NCBI GenBank assembly: GCA_964572155.1
Contig: CAZNDZ010000001.1
Location: 718,290 to 782,289, forward strand
Source: an uncultured Planctomycetales bacterium
GTDB taxonomy: Bacteria > Omnitrophota > Gorgyraeia > Zapsychrales > Fredricksoniimonadaceae
Direction of reading: 5' to 3'
Length of the DNA: 64,000 nt
Part shown: positions 46,101 to 61,100 of the stretch, piece after piece
Layout of the letters: each line of letters starts with the position of its first letter
Position numbering within the stretch: position 1 is the first letter of the stretch
Made by a program: the position numbers and the translations under genes
The notes under the pieces: generated by a model
Seen by the model: the letters and a program-made list of their open reading frames with translations, nothing else
What the model was told of the DNA's origin: nothing
Database searches by the model: none

Positions 46101-49100
46101 GAATGATTTTGGAGTAATGAGCCGTGTTGCAGTTAACTGGTCTGATTTTAACGTCTTAAGCAAGTCTGGTATCAACTGGTCAGACTTAGGTGTTTTAGGA
46201 AAAACAGGCATTAACTGGAATGACTTTAATGTATTGAGCAAGTCTTCTATTAATTGGAATGACTTAGGTGTTTTAGCAAAAGCCGGTGTCAATTGGAATG
46301 ACTTTAATGTATTAAGCAAGTCGGGTGTTAATTGGAACGACCTAAATGTTTTGAGCAAAGCAGGGGTAAATTGGAATGATATTAATGTCATCACAAGAGT
46401 TGGCGTAAATTGGAACGATTTTGTTGTCTTAGGTCGTGCTGGTGTTAACTGGAATGATTTTGGTGTGGTCAGTAAGACAGGTATCAATTGGAACGACTTT
46501 GGTGTTTTAGCCAAGGCTGGCATCAATTGGAACGACTTAAATGTCTTATCTAAAGTTGGCGTCAACTGGAATGATTTTGGAGTTCTTGGTAAAGCAGGGA
46601 TCAACTGGAATGATTTAAATGTCCTTTCACGTGCTGCAGTGAATTGGAGTGATATTAATGTCCTTTCCAAAATAGGTGTTAACTGGCAAGATTTGAATGT
46701 CTTAACTAAGACTGGTGTTAATTGGAGTGACATGGGCGCCTTAAGCAAGGCTGGCGTTAATTGGCAAAACATCGGCATCCTAAGCACTGTCGGTGTAAAT
46801 TGGCAAGATTTTAATACCTTAAGTAAGGCTGGTGTTAACTGGAATGACTTTGGCGTCTTATCAAAGGTTGGCGTCAATTGGAGTGATTTAAATGTCTTAA
46901 GTAAAACTGGTATCAATTGGAATGATTTTGGTGCTTTGTCAAAGATTGGTGTTAACTGGCAAGATTTAAATGTTTTAAGCAAGGCAGGTTTAAATTGGAA
47001 TGACATCGGTGTCTTAAGTAAAACTGGCATCAACTGGAATGACTTTGCTGTCTATTCTAAAGTTGGCATCAATTGGCAAGATTTTGGTGTGTTGTCAAAA
47101 GCTGGCCTAAACTGGACTGACTTTGGTGTCTTAAGTAAGACCGGTGTTAATTGGCAAGATTTAAATGTTCTTACCCGCAACGGCGTAAATTGGAACGATT
47201 TTGGTGTCTTAAGCAAAGCAGGAGTAAATTGGAATGATTTAAATGTATTATCAAAAATTGGTATTAATTGGTCAGATTTCAATGTCTTAACAAAATCCAG
47301 CATAAATTGGAATGACTTGAATGTCCTTTCAAAATCTGGCGTTAATTGGAATGATTTTGGAGTGCTTGCAAAAACAGGTGTTAATTGGCAAGATTTCAAT
47401 GTCTTAACAAGAACCGGAGTTAATTGGAACGATTTCGGAGTTATTTCTAAGGTAGGTGTTAATTGGCAAGACTTAAACACGTTAAGTAAGGTAGGCATTA
47501 ACTGGCAAGATTTTGCAGTCCTCGCAAAAACATCTATCAACTGGCAAGACTTTGCAGTCTTAGGCAAAGCCGGTGTTAACTGGAATGATTTTGGTGTCTT
47601 AAGTAAATCAGGTGTCAACTGGCAAGATTTGAATGTGATGAGCCGCAGCGCTGTAAATTGGGGCGACTTAAATCACATGAGCTCCGTTGGTGTTAATTGG
47701 GCAGATTTAAATCGCATGAGTGGTTTGGGTGTTAACTGGCAAGATTTCACCATCTTGACTAAGGCGGGCGTTAATTGGAATGACTTTGGTGTCATGAGCA
47801 AGGTTGGCGTCAACTGGAGCGATCTTAATGTGGTCAGCAAGATCGGTGTCAATTGGAGTGACTTTACTGTTCTTTCAAAGATTGGCGTGAATTGGCAAGA
47901 TTTGAACGTAATGTCTAAGGTTGCCGTTAACTGGGGTGACTTTGCCGTCTTAAGTAAGACCAGCATTAATTGGAACGACATGAATGTTCTTTCCCGTAAT
48001 AATATCAACTGGAATGATTTTGGTGTGATGAGCAAAGTTGGTGTTAATTGGAATGACATGAATGTTTTAAGCAAAGCCAACATCAATTGGTATGACATGA
48101 ATGTCTTAAGTAAAATTGGTGTTAATTGGCAAGATTTGAATGTTGTTAGCAAGACAGGTGTTAACTGGAATGATTTTGGTGTCATGTCTAAGGTTGGGGT
48201 TAATTGGAATGACTTAAATGTCTTAAGCAAGTCTGGTATCAATTGGCATGATTTCGGTGTGTTAACAAAGTCTGCTGTTAACTGGTCAGGGCTTAATTCC
48301 TTATCAACAGCAGGTGTCAACTGGTCTAACTTGAATTTATTAAGTTCTGCTAATGTCAACTGGACCGACTTAGGTATTTTAAGTAGCGCAGGTGTTAACT
48401 GGAATGACATGGCTCGTTTAACCACAACTGCGATCAATTGGAATGATATTAATGTCTTAACCCGCACTGGTATTAATTGGAATGATTTGAATGTCCTCTC
48501 TAGAATTGGCATGAACTGGGCAGATTATTCTGTTCAAACCCGCGCTGGTATCAATTGGTATGACTTAAATGTGATGAGCCGCACCGGTGTAAACTGGGGT
48601 GATTTAAATCTTATGAGCTCATTGGGTGTTAACTGGGCAGATTTAAATCGCATGAGTGGATTGGGTGTCAATTGGCAAGATTTCAATGTATTGACCAAGG
48701 CAGGCATTAATTGGAATGACTTTGGTGTGATGAGTAAAGTTGGCGCTAATTGGAACGACTTAAATGTTCTAACAAAAGTCGGCATCAACTGGATGGATGT
48801 AAGCGTTCTTGGAAAAACAGGTATTAACTGGCAAGATTTAAATACTTTAAGTAAGTCTGGAATTAATTGGAATGACTTTGGTGTGTTAAGCAAGATTGGT
48901 GTTAACTGGAACGACTTGAATGTCTTAAGCCGTACTGGTGTAAACTGGAATGATGTTGGCGTTCTGTCTAAGACCGGTGTCAATTGGCAAAACATGAATG
49001 TCTTAAGTAATGTAGGTATCAATTGGAACGATATCGGAGTGCTTTCCAAAAATGGTGTTAATTGGAACGACTTAAATGTGCTTACAAAATCTGGCATCAA

Positions 49101-52100
49101 TTGGAACGACATCGGCGTATTCTCTCGCGTAAATATTAACTGGCAAGATTTGAATGTCTTTAGCCGCACCGGCATTAATTGGAACGACTTTGGGGTTTTG
49201 TCAAAGATTGGTGTTAATTGGAGCGATTTGGGCGTCATGTCTAAGGTTGCTGTTAATTGGAGCGATTTTAGCGTGTTAAGCAAGACAGGTTTGAATTGGA
49301 ACGATTTGAATGTCTTGTCTCGCAATAATATCAATTGGAATGATTTTGGTGTGATTAGCAAAGTCGGAATCAATTGGAACGACATGAATGTCTTAAGCAA
49401 AGCAAATGTTAACTGGATTGATGTCGGTGTATTAAGCAAGACAGGTGTTAATTGGCAAGATTTGAATGTCTTAAGTAAGACAGCCATCAACTGGAATGAT
49501 TTCGGTGTGTTATCAAAGGTTGGGGTAAATTGGAATGATTTCAATGTGATTTCCAAGGTTGGTGTTAACTGGAATGACTTTGGTGTATTGAGTAAGATTG
49601 GCGTTAATTGGACAGATTTTGGCTCTTTAACCAAAGCTAATATTAATTGGAATGATCTTAATGTCATCGGACGCACCGGCATCAACTGGAATGATTTCGG
49701 AGTTCTATCTAAGGTTGGGGTGAACTGGAATGACATGAATGTTTTAACAAAGTCCGGGATCAATTGGTATGACTTCAACGTTTTAAGTAAAGCAGGTGTC
49801 AACTGGTATGACATGACGGTCATGACGAGAAACAGCGTCAACTGGGCTGGATTAAGTTCATTAAGTAACGCCGGTGTCAACTGGACAAACTTAGGTATCT
49901 TAACCAGCGCTAATGTTAACTGGTCTGATCTTGGAACCTTGAGTAAAGCGAGCATCAATTGGGTTGACATTGGTTTATTAGGTACCTCTGGTATTAATTG
50001 GTCTGATGTAAGTGTCTTAAGCCGTACAAGTGTTAATTGGAATGACTTAAATGTCTTAACTAAGTCAGGTGTCAATTGGAACGACTTTGGTGTGATGAGC
50101 AAGATCGGTGTTAACTGGTCTGATCTTAATGTCATCAGCCGCACCGGCGTTAACTGGAATGATTTTGGTGTATTAACAAAGACCGCTGTTAACTGGCAAG
50201 ATTTATCCGTCGCCAGCAGAATTGGCGTTAACTGGAATGACTTTGGTGTCTTAAGCAAGATTGGTGTTAATTGGCAAGACATGAATGTCTTAAGCAAGAA
50301 TGGCATCAACTGGTTAGACATGAATGTCTTAACCAAGGCTGGTGTCAACTGGTCTGATGCAGCTACCTTAAGTAAAGCCAGCATCAACTGGAATGATTTT
50401 GCCGTCCTCGGTAAAACAGGTATTAATTGGTACAACTTCAATGTATTAAGTCGCGTTGGTGTTAACTGGAATGATTTGGCTGTCATGAGCCGTAGCAGTG
50501 TGAATTGGTCTGACTTAAATAGCATGAGCTCCTTAGGTGTTAATTGGGCAGATCTAAACCGCATGAGCGGCCTTGGCGTTAACTGGTCAGATATTACCGT
50601 CCTTTCTAAATCAGGCATTAATTGGAACAATTTCGGGGTCCTAAGCACGGTTGGTATTAATTGGAACAGTTTAAGCGTGATGGGCAACGTTGGTGTTAAC
50701 TGGAATGATATTCAAGTCATCAGCAAGACAGGCATTAATTGGAACGACTTAAATGTATTAACCAAGACCGGCGTTAACTGGAATGATTTTGGTGTCATGA
50801 GCAAGGTTGGTGTTAACTGGAGTGATCTTAATGTCTTAAGCCGCACCAGCATCAACTGGAATGACATGAATGTCTTAACCAGAATTGGTGTCAACTGGCA
50901 AGATTTGAATGTGTTAAGCAAGACTGGCGTTAATTGGAATGATTTTGGTGTCATGAGCAAGATCGGTGTCAATTGGCAAGATTTCAATGTGTTAAGCAAG
51001 ACTGGCGTTAACTGGAATGATTTTGGCGTGATCAGTAAAACAGGCATTAATTGGTATGACTTAAATGTCTTAACAAAATCAGGTGTTAACTGGAATGATT
51101 TTGGTGTCTTAAGTAAGGTTGGCGTTAACTGGTATGACATGAATGTCATCACCCGCAATGGCATCAACTGGAATGATTTTGGAGTTCTATCGAAGGCGGG
51201 CGTTAATTGGAGCGACATGAATGTTATCACTCGCATTGGCATGAACTGGAGTGACATGAGTGTCTTGAGCAAGACAGGTTTAAATTGGAGCGATATTGGC
51301 GTCTTAAGCAAGACAGGTGTTAACTGGAATGACTTAAATGTCGTTAGCCGCACGGGCATTAACTGGAATGACTTTGGTGTCTTGTCAAAGATTGGCGTTA
51401 ATTGGAGCGACATGAACGTTTTATCTAAGACAGGTATCAATTGGTATGATTTTAATGTCTTAAGCCGTGCGGGCATCAATTGGCGCGATTTAAATATTTT
51501 GACGAAAACCAGCGTCAATTGGGTTGGTTTGAGTTCATTGAGTAATGCTGGTGTTAACTGGACAAACTTAGGCACATTAACCAGTTCAAGCGTGAATTGG
51601 TCAGATCTTGGTGCGCTAAGTAATGCGGGTGTTAATTGGAATGACTTTGGTGTCTTAAGCAAGACAGGAATTAACTGGCAAGATTTGAATGTCTTTACCC
51701 GTGCCAGCATTAATTGGAGCGATTTCGGTGTCCTATCTAAAACAGGCATTAATTGGTATGACTTAAATGTTGTAACAAAAGCTGGATTAAATTGGAATGA
51801 CATCGGTGTGCTTTCTAAGAATGGTATCAATTGGAATGATATCGGCGTCTTATCTAAGGTTGGTATTAATTGGAATGATATCAGCGTTGTTAGCAAAACA
51901 TCTGTCAACTGGTCTGACTTAAATGTGTTGACCAAGGCTGGTATTAATTGGAATGACTTCGGGGTTTATAGCAAGGCTGGTATCAACTGGTATGACATGA
52001 GCGTCTATAGCAAGGTTGGTATCAATTGGTATGACATGAATATTTTGACAAAGTCTGGTGTTAACTGGAATGACTTAAGCATCTTGAGTAAGACGGCTAT

Positions 52101-55100
52101 CAACTGGAGTGATTTCGGGGTCATGTCAAAGACAGGCGTTAACTGGTATGACTTAAATGTCTTATCAAGGGTTGGCGTTAATTGGTATGACATGAATGTA
52201 CTGACTCGTAATAGCATCAACTGGAACAGCATTGCATCCTTAAGCTTAAATGGCATCAATTGGTCTAACTTCACAGTGATGTCACGCGCAGGTGTTAACT
52301 GGGTAGATTTAGGTGTCTTGTCTACATCATCTGTCAATTGGACAGGGATGAATGTCCTGTCTAATGCCAGCGTCAACTGGATCGGTATCGCTGATTTATC
52401 TCATACCAATGTTAACTGGGCTGCGTTACAAGATATTTCTTCCGCAAATGTTAACTGGGAAGGTATCGGTGTCTTAAGTAATTCTGGCGTTAATTGGAGC
52501 GACATCACGGTCTTAAGTAAGAACGGCATTAACTGGAGCGACCTATCTGTATTAGGTAGAACGGGCATCAATTGGAATGATATTGGTGTTGTTTCTAAGA
52601 CAGGCATCAATTGGAACGATTTGAATATCTTAAGCAAGACAGGCATCAATTGGTATGACATGAATCGTCTTTCTAACACAGGCATTAACTGGAATGATAT
52701 CGGCGTGTTAAGTAAGAACGGCGTTAACTGGAATGATTTCAATGTCATTAGTAAAGTTGGTATCAATTGGAGCGATTTAGGTGTGTTAGGCAAGACAGGC
52801 ATCAATTGGTATGACATGAATGTCTTGTCTAAGACAAATATCAATTGGAGCGATTTAAATGTCTTAACCAAGACAGGTATCAATTGGTATGACATGAACA
52901 TCTTGAGCAAGACCGGCATCAATTGGTATGACATGAATGTCTTAAGCAAGACAGGCATCAATTGGAATGACTTTGGTGTGTTATCGAAGAATGGCATTAA
53001 TTGGAATGACATGGGCGTCTTAACTAAAGTTGGCATCAATTGGAGCGACTTCAATGTTCTCTCTAATTCAGGGGTCAATTGGTATGACATGAATGTCTTA
53101 ACCAAGTCAGGTGTTAATTGGTATGACTTAAATGTCTTATCTAAGAATGGCATTAACTGGAATGATTTTGGTGTCTTGTCAAAGGTTGGCATCAACTGGA
53201 ATGACTTTAACGTCTTAAGCAAGAGCAATATCAATTGGTATGATTTCAACGTCTTAAGCAAGGTCGGCGTTAATTGGAGAGACTTAGGGATCTTAACCAA
53301 GTCCTCAATCAATTGGCAAGGATTGAACGACTTATCAAATTCAGGTGTCAACTGGACAAACTTAAGCATCTTAAGTGCTGCGTCCGTTAACTGGAGCGAT
53401 TTTGGAACATTAAGTAAAGCTGGCGTTAACTGGAATGATTTAGGTGTCTTAAGTAGAACAGGTGTTAATTGGAGCGATTGGGGCGTTTTAACTAAGACTG
53501 GTATAAATTGGAGTGACTTAAATGTCTTAAGCCGTACAGGATTAAATTGGAATGACATCGGTGTCTTAAGTAAAGTTGGCGTGAATTGGAGTGATTTGAA
53601 TGTTGTCAGCCGCACAGGTGTCAACTGGAATGATTTTGGTGTGCTCTCAAAGACAGGCATTAACTGGGGCGATTTAGGTGTGTTATCTAAGACAGGTGTT
53701 AACTGGTATGACATTAATGTCTTAAGCAAAAATAATATCAACTGGAATGACATTGGCGTATTAGCCAAGGCTGGCATTAACTGGTATGACTTCAACATTT
53801 TAAGCAAAGCTGGCGTCAACTGGTATGACTTAAATGTCTTAGGCAAATCTGGCATCAATTGGTATGACATGAATGTTTTAACCAAGACAGGTATCAATTG
53901 GAACGATTTAGGTGTATTGGCAAAAGCTGGCATCAATTGGAGCGACATGAATGTCATGAGCCGCACCGGCGTAAACTGGGGCGATTTAAACCGCATGAGC
54001 AGCTTGGGCGTTAATTGGGCAGACTTAAATCGCATGAGCGGCATTGGTGTCAACTGGCAAGATATCTCGGTATTAAGTAAGAATGGCATCAACTGGAATG
54101 ACTTCGGTGTCTTAAGCAAGACAGGTATTAATTGGAATGACATTGGCGTGTTATCGAACACAAGCATCAATTGGTATGACTTTAACGTCTTAAGCAAGAC
54201 CGGCATCAACTGGAATGATTTAGGTGTGATTTCCAAGACCGGCATCAACTGGAGTGATATCGGTGTCTTAGCAAAGACGGGCATCAACTGGAATGATATT
54301 AATGTGGTCAGCCGCACCAATATCAACTGGAGTGATTTTACAGTCTTAAGCAAAACAGGTATTAATTGGAATGATATCAGCCGCTTATCTACCGTCGGTG
54401 TAAATTGGAACGATATTGGTGTGTTATCAAAGAATGGTATCAACTGGAACGACTTAAATGTCTTAAGTAAAACAGGCATCAACTGGAATGACTTTGGTGT
54501 GATGTCAAAGGTTGGCGTCAACTGGTACGACATGAATGTCTTAAGTCGCACCGGCATTAACTGGAATGACGTAAATACATTAACCCGCAACGGCATCAAC
54601 TGGAAAGATTTGAGTGTCTTTAGCAATGCCGCGATCAACTGGCAAGGTTTGAATGACTTGTCGAACTCTGGTGTTAACTGGACCAACTTAAGTATCTTGA
54701 GCTCAGCGTCGGTTAACTGGAGTGATTTAGGCGCATTAAGTAAAGCCGGCGTTAACTGGAATGACTTTGGTGTCTTAAGCAAAACAGGCGTCAACTGGAG
54801 CGATTTAGGTATCTTAAGCAAGACAGGCATCAATTGGTATGACATGAATGTCTTATCAAAGACTGGTATCAACTGGTATGACTTCAACGTCTTAAGCCGT
54901 GCCGGCGTCAATTGGGGTGACTTGAATGTTGTTAGCCGCACTGGCGTTAACTGGAATGACTTCGGAGTTCTCTCTAAGACGGGTATTAACTGGAATGATT
55001 TAGGTGTCTTGTCAAAGACAGGTGTCAATTGGTATGACTTCAATGTCTTAAGCCGTGCTGGTGTTAATTGGGGCGATATGAATGTGATCAGTCGCACCGG

Positions 55101-58100
55101 CATCAACTGGAATGACTTTGGCGTCTTATCAAAGGCTGGCGTTAACTGGCAAGATTTCAATGTGGTCAGCCGCGCAAACATTAATTGGTATGATTACAAT
55201 GTCTTAAGCAAAGCTGGTATCAACTGGAATGATTTCAATGTCCTTTCTAAGGCTGGCGTCAACTGGTATGACTTAAATGTGTTGGGCAAGTCTGGCATCA
55301 ATTGGTATGACATGAATGTTTTAACCAAGACAGGTATCAATTGGAACGATTTAGGTGTATTGGCAAAAGCTGGCATCAATTGGAGCGACATGAATGTCAT
55401 GAGCCGCACCGGCGTAAACTGGGGCGATTTAAACCGCATGAGCAGCTTGGGCGTTAATTGGGCAGACTTAAATCGCATGAGCGGCATTGGTGTCAACTGG
55501 CAAGATATCTCGGTATTAAGTAAGAATGGCATCAACTGGAATGACTTCGGTGTCTTAAGCAAGACCGGTATTAACTGGAATGACATTGGTGTCTTAGCCA
55601 AGACAGGTATTAATTGGTATGACTTCAACGTCTTAAGCAAGACCGGCATCAACTGGAATGATTTAGGTGTGGTCTCCAAGACGGGCATCAATTGGAGCGA
55701 TATCGGTGTCTTAGCAAAGACAGGCATCAACTGGAATGACATTAATGTGGTAAGCCGTGCAAATATCAACTGGTATGACTTTAACGTCTTAAGCAAGACA
55801 GGCATCAATTGGAATGACATGAGCCGCTTGTCAACAGTTGGTATCAACTGGAATGACATTGGTGTGTTGTCGAAGAATGGCATCAACTGGAACGACTTAA
55901 ATGTCTTAAGCAAAACAGGCATCAACTGGTATGACTTCAATCGTCTCTCTAATACAGGCATCAATTGGAGCGACATGAATGTCTTGAGCCGCACAGGTAT
56001 CAATTGGAATGATTTCAATGTCTTAAGCAAGACAGGTGTTAACTGGAGAGATTTGAGCGTCTTTAGTAATGCCGCGATCAACTGGCAAGGTTTGAATGAC
56101 TTATCAAATTCTGGTGTTAACTGGACTAATTTAAGTATCTTGAGTGCAGCGTCTGTCAACTGGAGTGACTTAGGTGCATTAAGTAAAGCAGGCGTTAACT
56201 GGAATGACTTTGGTGTCTTAAGCAAAACAGGCATCAACTGGAGCGATTTAGGTATCTTAAGCAAGACAGGCATCAATTGGTATGACATGAATGTCTTATC
56301 AAAGACTGGTATCAACTGGTATGACTTCAACGTCTTAAGCCGTGCCGGCGTCAATTGGGGTGACTTGAATGTTGTTAGCCGCACTGGCGTTAACTGGAAT
56401 GACTTCGGAGTTCTCTCTAAGACGGGTATTAACTGGAATGATTTAGGTGTCTTGTCAAAGACAGGTGTCAATTGGTATGACTTCAATGTCTTAAGCCGTG
56501 CTGGTGTTAATTGGGGCGATATGAATGTGATCAGTCGCACCGGCATCAACTGGAATGACTTTGGCGTCTTATCAAAGGCTGGCGTTAACTGGCAAGATTT
56601 CAATGTGGTCAGCCGCGCAAACATTAATTGGTATGATTACAATGTCTTAAGCAAAGCTGGTATCAACTGGAATGATTTCAATGTCCTTTCTAAGGCTGGC
56701 GTCAACTGGTATGACTTAAATGTGTTGGGCAAGTCTGGCATCAATTGGTATGACATGAATGTTTTAACCAAGACAGGTATCAATTGGAACGATTTAGGTG
56801 TATTGGCAAAAGCTGGCATCAATTGGAGCGACATGAATGTCATGAGCCGCACCGGCGTAAACTGGGGCGATTTAAACCGCATGAGCAGCTTGGGCGTTAA
56901 TTGGGCAGACTTAAATCGCATGAGCGGCATTGGTGTCAACTGGCAAGATATCTCGGTATTAAGTAAGAATGGCATCAACTGGAATGACTTCGGTGTCTTA
57001 AGCAAGACCGGTATTAACTGGAATGACATTGGTGTCTTAGCCAAGACAGGTATTAATTGGTATGACTTCAACGTCTTAAGCAAGACCGGCATCAACTGGA
57101 ATGATTTAGGTGTGGTCTCCAAGACGGGCATCAATTGGAGCGATATCGGTGTCTTAGCAAAGACAGGCATCAACTGGAATGACATTAATGTGGTAAGCCG
57201 TGCAAATATCAACTGGTATGACTTTAACGTCTTAAGCAAGACAGGCATCAACTGGAATGACATGAGCCGCTTGTCAACGGTTGGCATCAACTGGAATGAT
57301 ATCGGTGTCTTAGCCAAGACTGGTATTAATTGGAACGACTTAAATGTCTTAACCAAGACAGGCATCAATTGGAATGACTTTGGTGTGTTGTCAAAGGTTG
57401 GCGTTAATTGGAATGACTTAAATGTCTTAAGCCGCACTGGCATCAATTGGAATGACGTTAATACGTTAACACGCAATGGTATTAACTGGAGAGATTTGAG
57501 CGTCTTTAGTAATGCCGCGATCAACTGGCAAGGTTTGAATGACTTATCAAATTCTGGTGTTAACTGGACTAATTTAAGTATCTTGAGTGCAGCGTCTGTC
57601 AACTGGAGTGACTTAGGTGCATTAAGTAAAGCAGGCGTTAACTGGAATGACTTTGGTGTCTTAAGCAAAACAGGCATCAACTGGAGCGATTTAGGTATCT
57701 TAAGCAAGACAGGCATCAATTGGTATGACATGAATGTCTTATCAAAGACTGGTATCAACTGGTATGACTTCAACGTCTTAAGCCGTGCCGGCGTCAATTG
57801 GGGTGACTTGAATGTTGTTAGCCGCACTGGCGTTAACTGGAATGACTTCGGAGTTCTCTCTAAGACGGGCATTAACTGGAATGACTTAGGTGTGTTAAGT
57901 AAGAATGGTGTCAATTGGTATGATTTCAATGTCTTAAGCAAGTCTGGCATCAATTGGAACGATATGAATGTCTTAACCAAGACTGGTATCAACTGGTATG
58001 ACATGAATGTCTTGAGCAAATCTGGCGTTAACTGGTCTGACCTAAATGTATTAACCAAGACAGGCATCAATTGGTATGATTTCAATGTCCTAAGCAAGGC

Positions 58101-61100
58101 TGGCATCAATTGGAATGATTTTGGTACATTGACCAAGACGGGTATCAATTGGTATGACTTTAACATCTTAAGTAAGACAGGCATTAACTGGAATAACTTT
58201 GGTGTCTTAAGTAAGGTTGGTATTAATTGGAATGACATGTCGGTGATGAGCCGTGCTAGCGTCAACTGGGCTGATTTAAATAGCATGAGCAGCTTGGGCG
58301 TCAATTGGGCTGATCTTAATCGCATGAGCTCAATCGGTGTTAATTGGAATGACATCGGTGTCTTAAGCAAGACAGGTATCAACTGGAATGATTTTGGAGT
58401 CATCTCTAAGACAGGTATTAACTGGAATGACTTTGGTGTGTTGACCAAGGTTGGTGTTAACTGGAACGATTTAGGCGTGCTTGCCAAGACAGGTATCAAT
58501 TGGAGCGATTTCAATGTCTTAACCAAGACAGGTATTAATTGGAGTGATTTAGGTGTCTTAGCCAAAACAGGTGTCAATTGGAACGATATTGGCGTCTTAG
58601 CCAAGACAGGTATTAATTGGAATGACTTAAATGTCTTAAGCCGTACTAATATTAACTGGAGTGATTTCGGGGTCTTAAGCAAGAATGGCATTAACTGGTA
58701 TGACATGAATGTCTTATCTCGTGCAGGTATCAACTGGAATGACATTGGTGTGTTGGCCAAGACAGGTGTCAATTGGAATGACTTTGGTGTCTTAAGCAAG
58801 ACAGGCATCAACTGGAATGATTTAGGTGTCTTAGCTAAGGCAAGCATTAATTGGAGCGACATCGGCGTCTTAAGTAAGACAGGTGTTAACTGGAATGACT
58901 TAAATGTCATTAGCCGCACAGGTGTCAATTGGAATGACTTTGGTGTCTTGTCAAAGGTCGGCGTCAATTGGAATGACTTAAATGTCTTAAGCCAATCCAG
59001 TATTAACTGGCAAGATTTCAATGTCTTAAGCAAGACAGGCGTTAATTGGAGAGATTTAGGCGTACTAACCAAGTCTTCTATTAACTGGCAAGGTTTAAAT
59101 GACTTAACCAACTCTGGTGTAAACTGGACTAACTTAAGTATCTTAAGTGCAGCGTCGGTAAACTGGAGCGACCTAGGTGCATTAAGTAAGGCTGGCGTAA
59201 ACTGGAATGACTTTGGTGTTCTTTCAAAGAATGGCATCAATTGGAACGACATGAATGTCATGAGCCGCACCGGTGTAAACTGGTCAGATTTAAATCGCAT
59301 GAGCAGCTTGGGTGTCAATTGGGCAGATTTGAACAAGATGAGTTCCATCGGTGTCAATTGGCAAGACATTGGCGTCTTGAGCACAACGGGCATTAATTGG
59401 CATGACTTTGGTGTCTTAAGTAAGACTGGTATTAATTGGAATGATTTTGGAGTCATCGGTAAGATGGGTATCAATTGGTCAGATTTTACGGTGCTCTCCA
59501 AGGTTGGTATTAATTGGAACGACATGAGCGTATTAAGCAAGAACGGCATTAACTGGAATGATATTGGTGTCTTAGCAAAAACAGGCATCAACTGGAATGA
59601 CCTCAATGTGATTAGCCGCACCAATGTTAATTGGAGCGATATCGGCGTCTTAAGTAAGACTGGTTTAAATTGGAATGACTTAAATGTCTTAACCCGTACA
59701 GGTATCAATTGGAGTGACTTTGGGGTGTTAGCTAAGACAGGCGTCAACTGGAATGACTTAGGTGTCTTGAGCAAAACGGGTGTTAATTGGAACGACATCG
59801 GTGTCTTAGCAAAGACAGGCATCAACTGGAATGACTTTGGTGTCTTAAGCAAGACAGGTATTAATTGGAATGATTTCGGTGTGTTGGCCAAGTCAGGCAT
59901 CAACTGGAATGATTTTGGTGTGATGACAAAAACAGGTTTAAATTGGAATGACTTAAATGTCCTAACTAGAACTGGCATTAATTGGTATGACATGAATCGT
60001 CTCTCTAATACAGGCATCAACTGGAATGATATGGCACGCTTGTCAACGGTTGGCATCAACTGGAATGATATCGGTGTCTTGGCAAAGACAGGTATCAACT
60101 GGAATGACTTAAATGTCTTAAGCAAGACAGCGATCAACTGGAATGATATCGGTGTCTTAAGCAAGAATGGTATCAATTGGAGCGACATGAATGTCTTAAG
60201 TCGCACAGGTATTAATTGGAATGATTTCAATGTCTTAAGTCGCGTTGCTGTCAACTGGAGAGATATGAGTGTATTAAGCAATGCATCCATTAACTGGAGA
60301 GGCTTAAATGACTTATCAAATTCAGGTGTTAATTGGACTAACTTAAGCATCTTAAGTGCTGCCGCTGTTAACTGGAGTGATTTTGGTGCCTTAAGTAAAG
60401 CTGGTGTCAACTGGAATAACTTAGGTGTAATGAGCACCGTTGGTATTAATTGGAATGATTTTAGCAAGTTGTCTCAGACGGGTATTAATTGGAATGACTT
60501 AAATGTTTTGTCTAAGTCTGGTATCAACTGGTCTGGTATTGATGTGTTATCTAGTGCTGGTGTTAACTGGCAAAACTTTGGGGTATTAACCAATGCTGGC
60601 GTCAATTGGACCAATATGAGTTTATTGTCAGCCTCGGCGATCAATTGGACGGATTTAGGTGTCATGACCACCATTGGCGTCAATTGGAATGATATTCAAG
60701 CGTTGACGACAAAGGGCGTGAATTGGAATGATTTCGGTGTCTTAAGTAAGGTTGGTATTAATTGGAACGACATGAGCGTCTTGGCTCGCACAGGTATCAA
60801 CTGGAACGATTTCAATGTCTTAAGCCGTAACGGCATCAATTGGTACGACATGAATCGTCTTTCTAATACAGGTATCAACTGGAATGATATTAGCGTGTTG
60901 GCTCGCACGGGCATCAACTGGAATGACCTAGGTGTGGTTTCCAAGACGGGCATTAATTGGAATGACTTTGGTGTCTTAAGCAAGAACGGCATCAACTGGA
61001 ATGATTTAGGGGTCTTGTCAAAGACAGGTCTTAACTGGAGTGATTTCGCGGTGATGGGTAAGACAGGTATTAATTGGAATGATTTGGGCGTATTATCTAA

